From Bdellovibrionales bacterium (GTDB lineage Bacteria > Bdellovibrionota > Bdellovibrionia > Bdellovibrionales > UBA1609): 64,000 bases of DNA. The position numbers and the translations under genes were made by a program. The notes below the pieces were generated by a model. The model searched no databases. It saw only the letters and a program-made list of their open reading frames with translations, and was not told where the DNA came from. Location of the stretch: positions 3,849-67,848 of the forward strand of contig JAKUPT010000005.1 of the NCBI GenBank assembly GCA_022450595.1, written 5' to 3'. Every line of letters begins with the position of its first letter. Within the stretch, counting starts at the first letter, position 1. Of this stretch, positions 37,502 to 47,189 are shown one piece after another.

Positions 37502-38842
37502 TTGAGAATGCGGTTATACTTATATCAACAAAGACATTTTTTAAAATACAGGGTTGAAAGTGATCAAAACCATGTTGATGGTCAAATCTTGTTGCCCAGC
37601 ATGTCATTGAAAAAGAGCTTACTAGAGCTAAAAAAAGACCACGAAATTGATAAGCCTGAGGCTATTTATTTATGCACTCAATTTGGCCAGTACATTATTG
37701 AACAAAATATTGGTTCAAAACCGGTATTCATTACAACCCAAGGTTTTGAGAGCAGTGTTGAGGTCCATCGCCCCGTAAGTCATGACACCTTTACTTTATC
37801 TCCAAAACGTCCACCCTCCGTTTTAAACTCTGATTATATTTTTGGAGTAGATGAAAGTGTTTCAAGCAGCGGGAGCATTGAAACGGCTGTTGATGAAAAT
37901 CAATTAGAAGTTATTACCGCAAAATTAAAACTCTCAGAAAAACAAAATGTAGCTATTGGTCTGTTAAACTCTAGATATAACAATAAAAACGAAATTTTAT
38001 TAAAAGACTATTTTCAACAACAGGGTTACAGATGCTTTAGCTTTGAACACAGTCCTGAGTTTGAGAATGAAAACTCCAGATGGTGGCACTGTATTTTAAA
38101 TGCTTATATGTACCCACCTTTTGAGGACTTTCTTGAAACATTACAACAAGTGTTTGAAGTTTCAGACGAAGAGATCTTTATTATGCACACCAGCAGCTTT
38201 AAAGGTCTCAAGCAAACCAACACATACCTTGATTCCTCATTAAGTTATTTACATCTGCTTAAAGAACAGTTTGAAAAAGAAAAACATGTGCTTTTTTTGG
38301 ACAATGAGGACTTTTTTATTCTACGTCCTCAAGAGCAACAAATGCACTGGAACACTCCTGTGGCCAAAACTTATTGCACACATCCAATGATTGATAAATG
38401 TAATATCCAACCTACCCAATACATCCTTCAAGACGCTTGGGGCACATTAAATTATGGCTACGAAACTTTAAACTACGAGCCCGGACCTATGCTAATGGGA
38501 AAAGGACTAAAATTAAGTTTTGTAGACCTACTGTTTTATAATGGATTGTTGGAGTACTCATATCTGAAGCAAATTTCACAAATCGGAAGCTTACAAAAAA
38601 TAGACGAATTGTTAATGGCCTATGCTAAAAAAACAGGCCTTTCCCCTAAAGAGCTGGCCGATGAATTACTAAAGCTTTTTGTTTTTCAAATCAAAAAACA
38701 ATTATTGTCCTACAACTTAAAGCAAGTCACTGTTTCCGGAGACTTAGCTCAAGACCTCATTCCTTTACTACAAAAATCTATCACCGAAATTGATTTTAAA
38801 TATGTTGAACACAAACCTCTAAGCTTAATGCAACAAAGGTAA
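37502..38842 (+). CDS. divergent hydantoinase A/oxoprolinase-like protein (ATPase motifs not recognisable)
   Basis: 446 aa. Assigned mainly from position (4 nt upstream of a HyuB-like gene) and weak collinearity ('VFITTQGFESSVEVHRPV'). No GGTFTD/DxGGT-type motifs were seen. Confidence 0.5.
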   Translation: MRMRLYLYQQRHFLKYRVESDQNHVDGQILLPSMSLKKSLLELKKDHEIDKPEAIYLCTQFGQYIIEQNIGSKPVFITTQGFESSVEVHRPVSHDTFTLSPKRPPSVLNSDYIFGVDESVSSSGSIETAVDENQLEVITAKLKLSEKQNVAIGLLNSRYNNKNEILLKDYFQQQGYRCFSFEHSPEFENENSRWWHCILNAYMYPPFEDFLETLQQVFEVSDEEIFIMHTSSFKGLKQTNTYLDSSLSYLHLLKEQFEKEKHVLFLDNEDFFILRPQEQQMHWNTPVAKTYCTHPMIDKCNIQPTQYILQDAWGTLNYGYETLNYEPGPMLMGKGLKLSFVDLLFYNGLLEYSYLKQISQIGSLQKIDELLMAYAKKTGLSPKELADELLKLFVFQIKKQLLSYNLKQVTVSGDLAQDLIPLLQKSITEIDFKYVEHKPLSLMQQR

Positions 38843-38846
38843 GAGT

Positions 38847-40292
38847 ATGAACACGAGTTTTAAAAGTTCAATATTTCATAAAAAGTTAAAATACCTTTTT
38901 TCGGCGGCTCCCCAAGTTAGTTTATTAGATAAAAATGGGGATTGCTTATATTTAAAATATGAAAAAATTAGTGATTTAAATAGTCTGACTAAACCTGCCA
39001 AAATGTGCCAACAGATCTTTCCTGTAAAGCTGGGAGATATTTATTTAACTAATGACCCTCAAACCGGTGGAGCTCTTCATTCTGATTTTATTTTTATCAC
39101 ACCCTTTTCTCTCAACGACAAAGACATTGACGGTTTTCTTTGTTTACAGCAAAGCTTCAAGCCAAAAGTTTTAAATATGGACACCTCTATTCAAGAGGTA
39201 TTTAAAGTGCCGCCCATGCCTGTGGCTCAGAATCTAAAACTACAAAATGAAATTCTTGAGTCAATGCAAGCCCACCCTGATTGTCCGCAAGATTTTTTAA
39301 AACACGTGAGCGCTAAAGTTGAAAAGCTTGAGCAGTATTTAAATAAAATTAAAGCTTTATTTGAAAAATCAGATTTTAGTGAACGATTCCTTAAAAACTA
39401 TCAACTTGAGTGCAAAAAACAGTTTGTTACCTGTATGGAGTCAATTCCAGTGGGTGAGTTTCAAGAAACCCTTAAACTTTCAGACAAAAGTGAGATCAAA
39501 CTAAAATTAAGTATTGAAGAAGACCTTATTGTATATGACTTCAACGGCACCACTGAGGGGAAAAAGTTATTTCTCACAGAATCCATGGCAGAAAGTGCTT
39601 GTTACGCAAGCTCTCTTGCACTAGTAAACAGCAGTTTACCCGTGACTGAGTCCGTGTTGTCCGTGTCGCAAATATTAATCCCTAAAAGCTCACTATTAAG
39701 TGCCAATGCACAACAATTTACTTTTTGGGGATGCACTCAAGGAACGCAATGGATATCAAATTTGTGTTTAAAAACTATCAATCAAATCTTTAAACGCCAT
39801 AAAAAACCAAGTGTTACGGCTGTTTCTGGCGCATCGACCGTGATTGATCTAGAGTTTCAAAATAAAAAACATTATTATCAAAATTTAAGCTCCGGCGCAC
39901 CAGCCACTCCTAACAACAAAGGTGAAACCGGTGTAAACATTTGGTTTAAGTCTCACTTAGAGGAATCCATTGAACAAAGTGAACAACTTTATCCTATAAA
40001 AATTAAATCTTTTTCTCAAAGACCAAACTCTGCAGGCGATGGTGCCAATACTGGCGGACTGGGGATTACACAAGTGATTAAAGTGCTTGAAGACGCAAGG
40101 CTAAGTTGGGGATTTTTATCAGATAAACCCAAAGGTGCTGATGGCGGTAAAGATGCTCAAAATTCAGATGTGATTTTAATGCTCCCAAATGGCGAGCGTC
40201 AAAAGCTTGAATATATAGGCTATGCTAGTTGCCCTGCCCAAAGCCAAGTTGTCATCCATTCCCCCGGCGGCGGTGGTTTTGGAGACTTATAA
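38847..40292 (+). CDS. hydantoinase B/oxoprolinase family protein (divergent)
   Basis: 481 aa. 'LGDIYLTNDPQTGGALHSD' compares with the family motif NDPY.GGTHLPD. C-terminus reads 'GDGANTGGLGITQVIKV...VIHSPGGGGFGD'. Confidence 0.75.
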   Translation: MNTSFKSSIFHKKLKYLFSAAPQVSLLDKNGDCLYLKYEKISDLNSLTKPAKMCQQIFPVKLGDIYLTNDPQTGGALHSDFIFITPFSLNDKDIDGFLCLQQSFKPKVLNMDTSIQEVFKVPPMPVAQNLKLQNEILESMQAHPDCPQDFLKHVSAKVEKLEQYLNKIKALFEKSDFSERFLKNYQLECKKQFVTCMESIPVGEFQETLKLSDKSEIKLKLSIEEDLIVYDFNGTTEGKKLFLTESMAESACYASSLALVNSSLPVTESVLSVSQILIPKSSLLSANAQQFTFWGCTQGTQWISNLCLKTINQIFKRHKKPSVTAVSGASTVIDLEFQNKKHYYQNLSSGAPATPNNKGETGVNIWFKSHLEESIEQSEQLYPIKIKSFSQRPNSAGDGANTGGLGITQVIKVLEDARLSWGFLSDKPKGADGGKDAQNSDVILMLPNGERQKLEYIGYASCPAQSQVVIHSPGGGGFGDL

Positions 40293-43200
40293 TTGAATGT
40301 CTGTGGAGGGATGTATTCAACGCCACCGTAAGAAGTTCCCCAGTTCCTTCCCATCACCTCATTGATGGACCTTTGCAAGTTATCTCTTTGCCGTGGTGAG
40401 AGTTGATCACGAACAATGACTTTAAATCTTTTTGTACCCAAGCTTGTACGGCTAGATTTTATTTGTATATTTGGCTTAAAATAATCCCTACCCGTATTTT
40501 TTGAAAGCTCATCAAGGATTCTTTTGGCATAGTCTTCACCAACTTCGGCTTGCTTTTGTGCTAAATCCCCTAAGGTTGATTTACGATTGAAGAGTTGTCG
40601 ACGCAAACGATTAATTCCAGTATCAGGATAGGCTTCTGCAATAGACACTCTAGTATGGTTTTTCTCTGGAGATTGTGCAATAGCACGGCTGATCTGATTC
40701 AGATCCGACTCTGTCAATTTTGCAGCTGGAGTGATTAAAAAATCATCGGCAGAACTTTTTATGACTCCCTCAAAAGCCATTTCTGAAAATTGACCGGCAA
40801 GCACTTTATCTCTTTCTACTTGTGGCAATTTGTTAAAGCGCTCCTCTCCCATAAGTCTTATACGCCCAGGCACTGAAAGATTTTCTATAACGGAGCCTCT
40901 GATATTTTCTCTCCATTTCTTTAAAACACTGGTTGCAGAATCAACACCCTCGCGGGCCATGGCAAGTGCTTCTTCATCATTAGTCACTGATTTACCTGCA
41001 AATCTTAAGGCCACGTTTTGCTCATTAACAGCTCCTGCCATTTCCCTATCTATGGCTATCACGTCGGCTTTAGCATTCGAAGCAGACATATCTATACGGC
41101 GCTCAGAATAAAATGGTGGAGAAAAATCATCTAATGCATGGTGGTACTCAATAAAGTCCTCTAACTGCTCTTTTTCAATCTTTACGCCAAAGCGGCTTTG
41201 GTACTTGTCTTGAATTTTTTTAAGATAAATTTCACGCCCCCAAGCCTCAGACGAGGAAGCGCCACGTATACGAGGGGCATTGGCTTTTCTAAGAATTTGA
41301 ATAGCGTCTGTGGAGAGAACATAGTTGTCGTTACTATTATTTGCCCGCACCAACAAACCACTTTCTTCATAATCTTGTAACAACTGAGATTTGTTTCTCT
41401 GGGTGGTATTCATGGGGTGTGATCTTAACAGGGCATCCATAACATTTAGTCTTTGCTTTTCTACATTATTGGCTTGCTCATCAAAAATTGGTTTAAAACT
41501 TTCATAATCTCTTACATAGTCCGCATCTATAAGCTCATCATCGAATTCAGTTCTGGCTTTTAATAAAGCTAAGTCAGGTTTTGTGTTTTCACTTTTAATA
41601 TAAAAAGCACCTCCATGCTCTGGATGTCTTTTTCGATTTTCACGTGCTAATTTTAAAGCTTTGTCTGGCGCCCGTGAGCCGGTAGCAATTCCTGCATTAA
41701 AAATTTTATCAATATCAGAGGCTGGAGTATTTCGAGATGAGGCTTCAATAAGATTTTTGGCAAGTCTTAAATCCTCTTCAAAAGTGTCTCTAATGTGTTT
41801 TTTAGTTTTCATATAAGCTCTTTGAACGGCTTCCCTATTTTCAGGGGTATCATCTAATACTACTTTGATATTTTTATAATCAGAATATTTATCAGCCTTT
41901 TGTAAAACATCATCTCCTAATTCCTGACGAAGATTTTCATACAATGTTTTTTTAAAATCGTTATTTAAGGCCGTGGCAAAGCCCTTGTCATTGGGAGCAA
42001 CATCATTGTGATGTTTTAAAAAAGAATGTTCGGCGGCAAACACCATTTTTCCTTCAAAATCATCATTATTGATTCGGTTTATAAAGTTTCGATTGTGCTC
42101 CACCCCAATATCTGTAAATTCAGAGTTTGCTTCCACATAGCGTTTTCTTTCAGGACTTGCCAAAAATGTTTTTTTCTCTACCCACATTTTTAGTTGATAG
42201 GAGTTGTACCTACTTCTTTGGTACATGTCTTTTAATTTTTTTCTGGAAAGCCTTTGAGTGGGATCAAAAAGAGCATCTGATCTATCAGCTAATGGAAAAA
42301 ACTGACCTGTAACAACTAAGGCTGTGTTGAAGGCATACTGGTTTTGTTTTTCTCTACACTCAGTCACTTCATCGTAGTTAATGCTTTCTGAGACTTGAAA
42401 GTTTTGAATGGTTTGCTCACACTTTTGCAGTTCATCTTGCAACTGACCAATTTCAACACCTGTTGATGCTAATGCTGTAGAGAAAAACGTTGTTCTTAAG
42501 CCATTCTTAGTTAATTTGATTGTGCGACTAGCTCCTATTAAAGCTTTAGCGCCTGTAACTGCCGCCCAAGGAGTGGCCATGGTGCCTACATCTTTAGTAA
42601 AACCCCACAGTACACTTGCAGCCTTTTCTCTATAAATACGCTGTGACAGCCTGCAGACAGTTGGTTTGTCAAATTCTGTAGGCCTTTCTCCAAACCATTC
42701 TGATGTAGGGTCTAACTCCATTAATAAAACAGGATCATGAAGTATCTCTTTAATAGTTTCAGGCTGATTATCAAATTTACCAGATGCAATTTCATAATAA
42801 CTTTTATACTTTTCTGCGGCAAAACTTGAGGCTTGGTCTGCCGATTGATTTAATGGCCTCTTTATAAAGTCTTCTATAGAAATAGGTTTATCTACGTTTT
42901 CTTCAGTCAAAAGTTTTTGCACAGGTTCTGTGGCTAGCAGTGGTGCATTTTCAATAATCATAGACATTGAGTTTTCTAGCTCTTTTAAACCTTTTTGAAG
43001 CTTTAAACACTTATCACTTGTTCTACGAGTCACATCATAACGAGTGCCATAACTTCTTCGACAAACTTCATCTGCTTTTTTTTCTAATTCATAATAACTT
43101 AACTGAATTGTAGAGAGCTTTTGATAATCATCATAATACTGCTTAAAAAGAGCTTCAGACTCTGGGTCGCCAACCCAGTTTAAGTTTTTCGACATCTGGC

Positions 43201-43543
43201 TAATTCTGTCATAGTGCATTTTTTTATTTTGAATGGTTGCAAGCTGCTCAGCTGTTCGTGATTTAACCCACTCCCATTCAGCTAGCATATTGATGGACTC
43301 TGATACATCCTGTAAGGACTCAATACTTGTATTCGTGGTTGTACAGTATTGCTCTTTGGTTGTATTACCACAGTGTTTTTCAAACTCGGACAAATATTCA
43401 GAAAAATCTGAGGCTAAACTTTGCCCGGCCTTATTAAAGCGATCATAATAAGAATCCTGTTGCCAGTTATAATTTTGAGCTAGCAACATATTTGAAATTA
43501 AAATAAGGCCGATCGCACTGACCACGTTCCACTTGCACTTCAT
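40220..43543 (-). CDS. large secreted ORFan protein (~1107 aa from the signal-peptide start)
   Basis: Start chosen at 'MKCKWNVVSAIGLILISNMLLAQ' (ATG 43543); the ORF is open back to 43594. It is mostly helical and N/K/E-rich, with a hydrophobic stretch 'ASVLWGFTKDVGTMATPWAAVTGAKALIGA'. No known catalytic motif. The 3' end overlaps the HyuB-like gene by 73 nt. Confidence 0.8.
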   Translation of the reverse strand: MKCKWNVVSAIGLILISNMLLAQNYNWQQDSYYDRFNKAGQSLASDFSEYLSEFEKHCGNTTKEQYCTTTNTSIESLQDVSESINMLAEWEWVKSRTAEQLATIQNKKMHYDRISQMSKNLNWVGDPESEALFKQYYDDYQKLSTIQLSYYELEKKADEVCRRSYGTRYDVTRRTSDKCLKLQKGLKELENSMSMIIENAPLLATEPVQKLLTEENVDKPISIEDFIKRPLNQSADQASSFAAEKYKSYYEIASGKFDNQPETIKEILHDPVLLMELDPTSEWFGERPTEFDKPTVCRLSQRIYREKAASVLWGFTKDVGTMATPWAAVTGAKALIGASRTIKLTKNGLRTTFFSTALASTGVEIGQLQDELQKCEQTIQNFQVSESINYDEVTECREKQNQYAFNTALVVTGQFFPLADRSDALFDPTQRLSRKKLKDMYQRSRYNSYQLKMWVEKKTFLASPERKRYVEANSEFTDIGVEHNRNFINRINNDDFEGKMVFAAEHSFLKHHNDVAPNDKGFATALNNDFKKTLYENLRQELGDDVLQKADKYSDYKNIKVVLDDTPENREAVQRAYMKTKKHIRDTFEEDLRLAKNLIEASSRNTPASDIDKIFNAGIATGSRAPDKALKLARENRKRHPEHGGAFYIKSENTKPDLALLKARTEFDDELIDADYVRDYESFKPIFDEQANNVEKQRLNVMDALLRSHPMNTTQRNKSQLLQDYEESGLLVRANNSNDNYVLSTDAIQILRKANAPRIRGASSSEAWGREIYLKKIQDKYQSRFGVKIEKEQLEDFIEYHHALDDFSPPFYSERRIDMSASNAKADVIAIDREMAGAVNEQNVALRFAGKSVTNDEEALAMAREGVDSATSVLKKWRENIRGSVIENLSVPGRIRLMGEERFNKLPQVERDKVLAGQFSEMAFEGVIKSSADDFLITPAAKLTESDLNQISRAIAQSPEKNHTRVSIAEAYPDTGINRLRRQLFNRKSTLGDLAQKQAEVGEDYAKRILDELSKNTGRDYFKPNIQIKSSRTSLGTKRFKVIVRDQLSPRQRDNLQRSINEVMGRNWGTSYGGVEYIPPQTFNYKSPKPPPPGEWMTTWLWAGQLA

Positions 43544-43621
43544 AACACTTCCAGATCGGAATTTTTCACATAAAAAACAATAACTTAAAGCCATATTTGA
43601 GAAAATATAGACCTTTTTGTC

Positions 43622-44608
43622 TTATTTTGAGTCAAATACCCACTGCCACTCTAATCCCCAATAGTTTTGTCTAAGTTCTCCCCCCTCATAAACTGGGGAT
43701 TTAGATCTTTGTTCTGGGGTCATTTTTTCAAAATAATAGGTCTTCAAATAAACAGAAACCTTAGAGGAGCCACCGGTTTTGAGGTTATGTCTTAATGTGG
43801 TTTGAGTATTATCATTGGTTCCACTAAAGACCAACTCGCCTTTAGCGATGTTTTTAAGTTTATAATCCAATTCGGTTAAAAACTCCCCAGTGCCGACTTT
43901 TACGTCCGAATGAAACGATAAAATTTTGCCATTGTAATCTACGAGTTTTTGAAAACTCAGTTCTGTTGGCACATTAAACTCTGGATCTTGAAAGTTGTAT
44001 TTTTTAAATATAATCTCTGGTGAATCTAGACGCTTTTCGGGAATTTGATAAATTCTAAACACAGCAAAGTCTGAGTGGTTGTAAAGTATCTCCACATAAA
44101 GTTCATGGGTTTTATAAATATAAACTAAAATATTTTGAGATTTTTGGGCTTTCAGTAATGACCGCGGCTGTGATTCATCAATCATAAAGTAGTTTTTTGT
44201 TTTTTTAGCTAAAAACTGTTCATACTGGTGGTAGGAGTTAAATGCTTTTTTAGAGTCGTAGGAAAAGTAATACATTCCTTCTTTTAAGCGATTCCAAAGC
44301 TCTTTGCTTAATTTTTTTTGTTTATATAATTTGTTTAACCTGTTTTCAGTAAGCCCCTGCACATACTGGTTCAAAGGACAAGTTCCGCAGGCACTTTTAA
44401 CTTTTCTTTTACGGTACTTGGCTTGTAGTTTTTTTAGCTCTTCATTTTCATACTTTTCTTGCCATTCGGTGGCCTGATCAGAGTCTTGATACTCTCCTAC
44501 TTGTTCTGTGAGTTTTTCAATGTCGGACTCAAACTGTTGAAAGAGTTCATTTTGGGCATGGGAAAACTGAAATAAAAAAAACAAGACGATGAACTGCATG
44601 GAGCTCAA
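43622..44608 (-). CDS. secreted ORFan protein
   Basis: 328 aa with signal peptide 'MSSMQFIVLFFLFQFSHAQ'. The N-terminal part is helical and the C-terminal half looks beta-rich. No motif recognised. Confidence 0.8.
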   Translation of the reverse strand: MSSMQFIVLFFLFQFSHAQNELFQQFESDIEKLTEQVGEYQDSDQATEWQEKYENEELKKLQAKYRKRKVKSACGTCPLNQYVQGLTENRLNKLYKQKKLSKELWNRLKEGMYYFSYDSKKAFNSYHQYEQFLAKKTKNYFMIDESQPRSLLKAQKSQNILVYIYKTHELYVEILYNHSDFAVFRIYQIPEKRLDSPEIIFKKYNFQDPEFNVPTELSFQKLVDYNGKILSFHSDVKVGTGEFLTELDYKLKNIAKGELVFSGTNDNTQTTLRHNLKTGGSSKVSVYLKTYYFEKMTPEQRSKSPVYEGGELRQNYWGLEWQWVFDSK

Positions 44609-44645
44609 TATAAGTGATTGTTGGTCAGTTTTAAAGAAAATGAAG

Positions 44646-45851
44646 TTATTTTAAAATTTTAGCACCTGTTTGTAATAACTTTTGACGAATTTCTTCAATT
44701 TGGGACCCATTTTTGGTCTCAACCAAGAACTCAATCAAAGCCTCTTTAACCATCAACTGCCCTGAGGCTCTATCATGCCTAACCTCTAAAATATTAGCCT
44801 GGCTTTCTGCCATGATCTCCACAAGCTTAGACAGTTTTCCTGGGCGGTCCTCAACGATCACAGAGATATAAGCCAGTCGCCCCTGGCGCACAAGCCCTCT
44901 ATTGATGATTGTGGCCACAAGATTCATATCAATATTGCCACCACTAAGTAAGACCACCGAGTTCGTGCCAAGCTTATCTTTCACCTTCATCGCTCCAGCA
45001 AGTGCAGCAGCTCCTGCACCTTCTACCACGGACTTGGCTCTTTCTAATAAAAACACGATGCTTTCAGCGATCTCGTCATCACTGACAGCCACAATTTCGT
45101 CCACGTATTTAGAAATATAGTTGTCATACATATACGGGCTCGGTCTTTTCACACTGATCCCGTCTGCAATGGTGGCTCTTTTGTTATTGGTTGGTTGTTG
45201 GTGTTGAAACATCTCACGCATACCTTGAGCGCTGTCACTGACCACACCTATGATTTTACACTTAGGATTGAGAGTTTTCATAGCCAGTGCCGTACCACTG
45301 ATCATACCACCGCCACCAATCGAGCAGACCACACAGTCTGCCTCAGGCAAGTCTTCAAAAATTTCTAAGCCCATGGTGCCTTGACCGGCAATAATGTGGG
45401 GGTCTTCATAGGGGGGCACAAAAGTGTAGCCTTCTTTATCCTTTAACTCTTGTGCGTGATTAAAGGCATCATCATAAAAGTCACCTTTAAGAATCACTTC
45501 AGCACCATAAGACCTTGTGGCTTCCACTTTGACTATAGGCGATGGCTCTGGCATCACTATTTTGGCACTTACACCGGAAAGCTTAGAACTCAAAGCCACA
45601 CCTTGAGCGTGGTTACCGGCCGAGCTTGCAATCACTCCCCGCTTTTTTTCTTCATCTGTTAATGACTGAATTTTATTGTAAGCACCACGGACTTTAAAGC
45701 TTCCCGTGTACTGTTCGTTTTCCATTTTTAAATGAATGTTTGTTCCCGCCCATTCACTGCAATTTCTGGAATGGGACATCGGGGTTCTTTTTATAATGCC
45801 TTTTAGTTTTTCTTCTGCTGTTTTAATATCTTTAAATGTTGTGACTTTCAT
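44646..45851 (-). CDS. ilvA: threonine ammonia-lyase (threonine dehydratase) with C-terminal ACT-like domain
   Basis: 401 aa. PLP-Lys motif 'GSFKVRGAYNK', 'SAGNHAQGVA' and 'GGGGMISG'. Confidence 0.9.
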   Translation of the reverse strand: MKVTTFKDIKTAEEKLKGIIKRTPMSHSRNCSEWAGTNIHLKMENEQYTGSFKVRGAYNKIQSLTDEEKKRGVIASSAGNHAQGVALSSKLSGVSAKIVMPEPSPIVKVEATRSYGAEVILKGDFYDDAFNHAQELKDKEGYTFVPPYEDPHIIAGQGTMGLEIFEDLPEADCVVCSIGGGGMISGTALAMKTLNPKCKIIGVVSDSAQGMREMFQHQQPTNNKRATIADGISVKRPSPYMYDNYISKYVDEIVAVSDDEIAESIVFLLERAKSVVEGAGAAALAGAMKVKDKLGTNSVVLLSGGNIDMNLVATIINRGLVRQGRLAYISVIVEDRPGKLSKLVEIMAESQANILEVRHDRASGQLMVKEALIEFLVETKNGSQIEEIRQKLLQTGAKILK

Positions 45852-46071
45852 AATCGTCGTTTTCCCAATAAGAACTCAAACCAAGTAGTGGTGCAATTTC
45901 ATTTTTAGCCAGTGGTGGTCTTAAAGTAAAATCACTATATACAATGGCGGTTTTTTCATTAAAAAAGTAATAAGGAGCTAAGGCCTTATCACAACTCTCA
46001 CACCGATCAACATTAGTTTTATCGTTTTGATTTACATGGCCACAAGCATGACATCTTCTTATATGAATCAT
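45832..46071 (-). CDS. small zinc-ribbon protein, function unknown
   Basis: 79 aa with 'CHACGH...15 aa...CESCDK'. A GAGGAAG RBS directly precedes the ATG. The 3' end overlaps the ilvA start by 20 nt. Confidence 0.6.
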   Translation of the reverse strand: MIHIRRCHACGHVNQNDKTNVDRCESCDKALAPYYFFNEKTAIVYSDFTLRPPLAKNEIAPLLGLSSYWENDDYESHNI

Positions 46072-46505
46072 CTCTTCCTCACTCGTTTAGAGTTTACTGC
46101 TTGTAACGCCCAGACAAACTGCATAAGCCCTTATGCATATATAAATGCTAGCAGGACTTTCATCCAGACACAACGGACCATTTTGGGCCACTGGAGGGCC
46201 AAAATCGACTAACAGTTAGTCACATTTTATACAGTGATTTCAGTACTTTAAGTTTTTTATGAGGATTTTGACTAATGACTTTTCGCAGCTTTAAGTCTGT
46301 AAAAGCAATACACTCAGACTGAGTTCATTTTCTGCATCACCTTCTTACGACTAATCCTCTTATGATAATCAAAGAACTTATTCTTATAAACTACAAGCCT
46401 TCAGGATAGAGCTAAATTTTAAACAACATCAATGTATTGGTCAATTCTCTTAACTACGAGACATATTTAAAAAAACTCTTTCTAAAATAGAATGCCGTTT
46501 TGAAC

Positions 46506-47189
46506 TCATAAATTTGCCACCTTGGGTCTTTTATCGAAATCAAAAATGAGTTTTCCAACAAGTCTTGTAATCTTTTTTTCTGCTTGTTGTTTTGAGTCTT
46601 CATGTCTTTGATCTTTAAATTCTTGATACTCAATTGTAACTCTATAAATTTCTTTTTGAGAGACTCCAAGATAATGAGCACAAGCTTCAATTGCAGAATC
46701 AAGAGCATTCATTTTTTCTCTTATTCCACCTGGCTCAAATCCAAACTCTCCCCTTGATGAGATTTGAACTAGTTTTTTCCCACTTAATATTGGTTCAATA
46801 GGAACATCACCACGACTCAGATCAAAGGAGAAGGTTCTACCAATTCTGGCGATTTGATCAATCCATGCCTTAAGTGCGGCTGGGATTCCGTAGTTGTACA
46901 TAGGAACTTCAATTACTAAAATATCCGCTTTAATAATTTCATCAATAAGCATATCTGATTCTTTGAGCCTTTCTATCATCTCAGGCGTTCTATCTTCAGG
47001 TTTTGTAAAAGCTGCTGCTATCCAAGACTGATCCACAAATGTTAAAGGGTTTTGGGCCACATCACGAGTGACTATAGAAACGCTGGGGTCGGTTTTTATC
47101 CACTCCTGAATAAACTGAGCTCCCATTTTTCGCGTAATTGATCTTTCACTTGTTTGAGCACTTGATTGGATTCTTAATATATTTGCCAT
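46506..47189 (-). CDS. azoR: FMN-dependent NADH-azoreductase / flavodoxin-like quinone reductase
   Basis: 227 aa, collinear with the remembered E. coli AzoR. Contains 'ILRIQSS', 'DILVIEVPMYNYGIPAALKAWIDQIAR' and 'KKLVQISSRG'. Confidence 0.82.
   Translation of the reverse strand: MANILRIQSSAQTSERSITRKMGAQFIQEWIKTDPSVSIVTRDVAQNPLTFVDQSWIAAAFTKPEDRTPEMIERLKESDMLIDEIIKADILVIEVPMYNYGIPAALKAWIDQIARIGRTFSFDLSRGDVPIEPILSGKKLVQISSRGEFGFEPGGIREKMNALDSAIEACAHYLGVSQKEIYRVTIEYQEFKDQRHEDSKQQAEKKITRLVGKLIFDFDKRPKVANL

Noticed and set aside
41016-41070. 'ADVIAIDREMAGAVNEQN' in the 1100-aa ORFan, resembling the D-x-D...N opening of nucleotidyl-cyclase/GGDEF palm domains
   Set aside because: The match is a single short string. 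No GG(D/E)EF, P-loop or second metal-binding motif follows, which is too weak to support an enzymatic call.
46454-46708. 84-aa alternative-frame ORF overlapping the 3' end of azoR
   Set aside because: It is same-strand but off-frame, with low-complexity K/L content. The AzoR frame is collinear with a known enzyme across this region.
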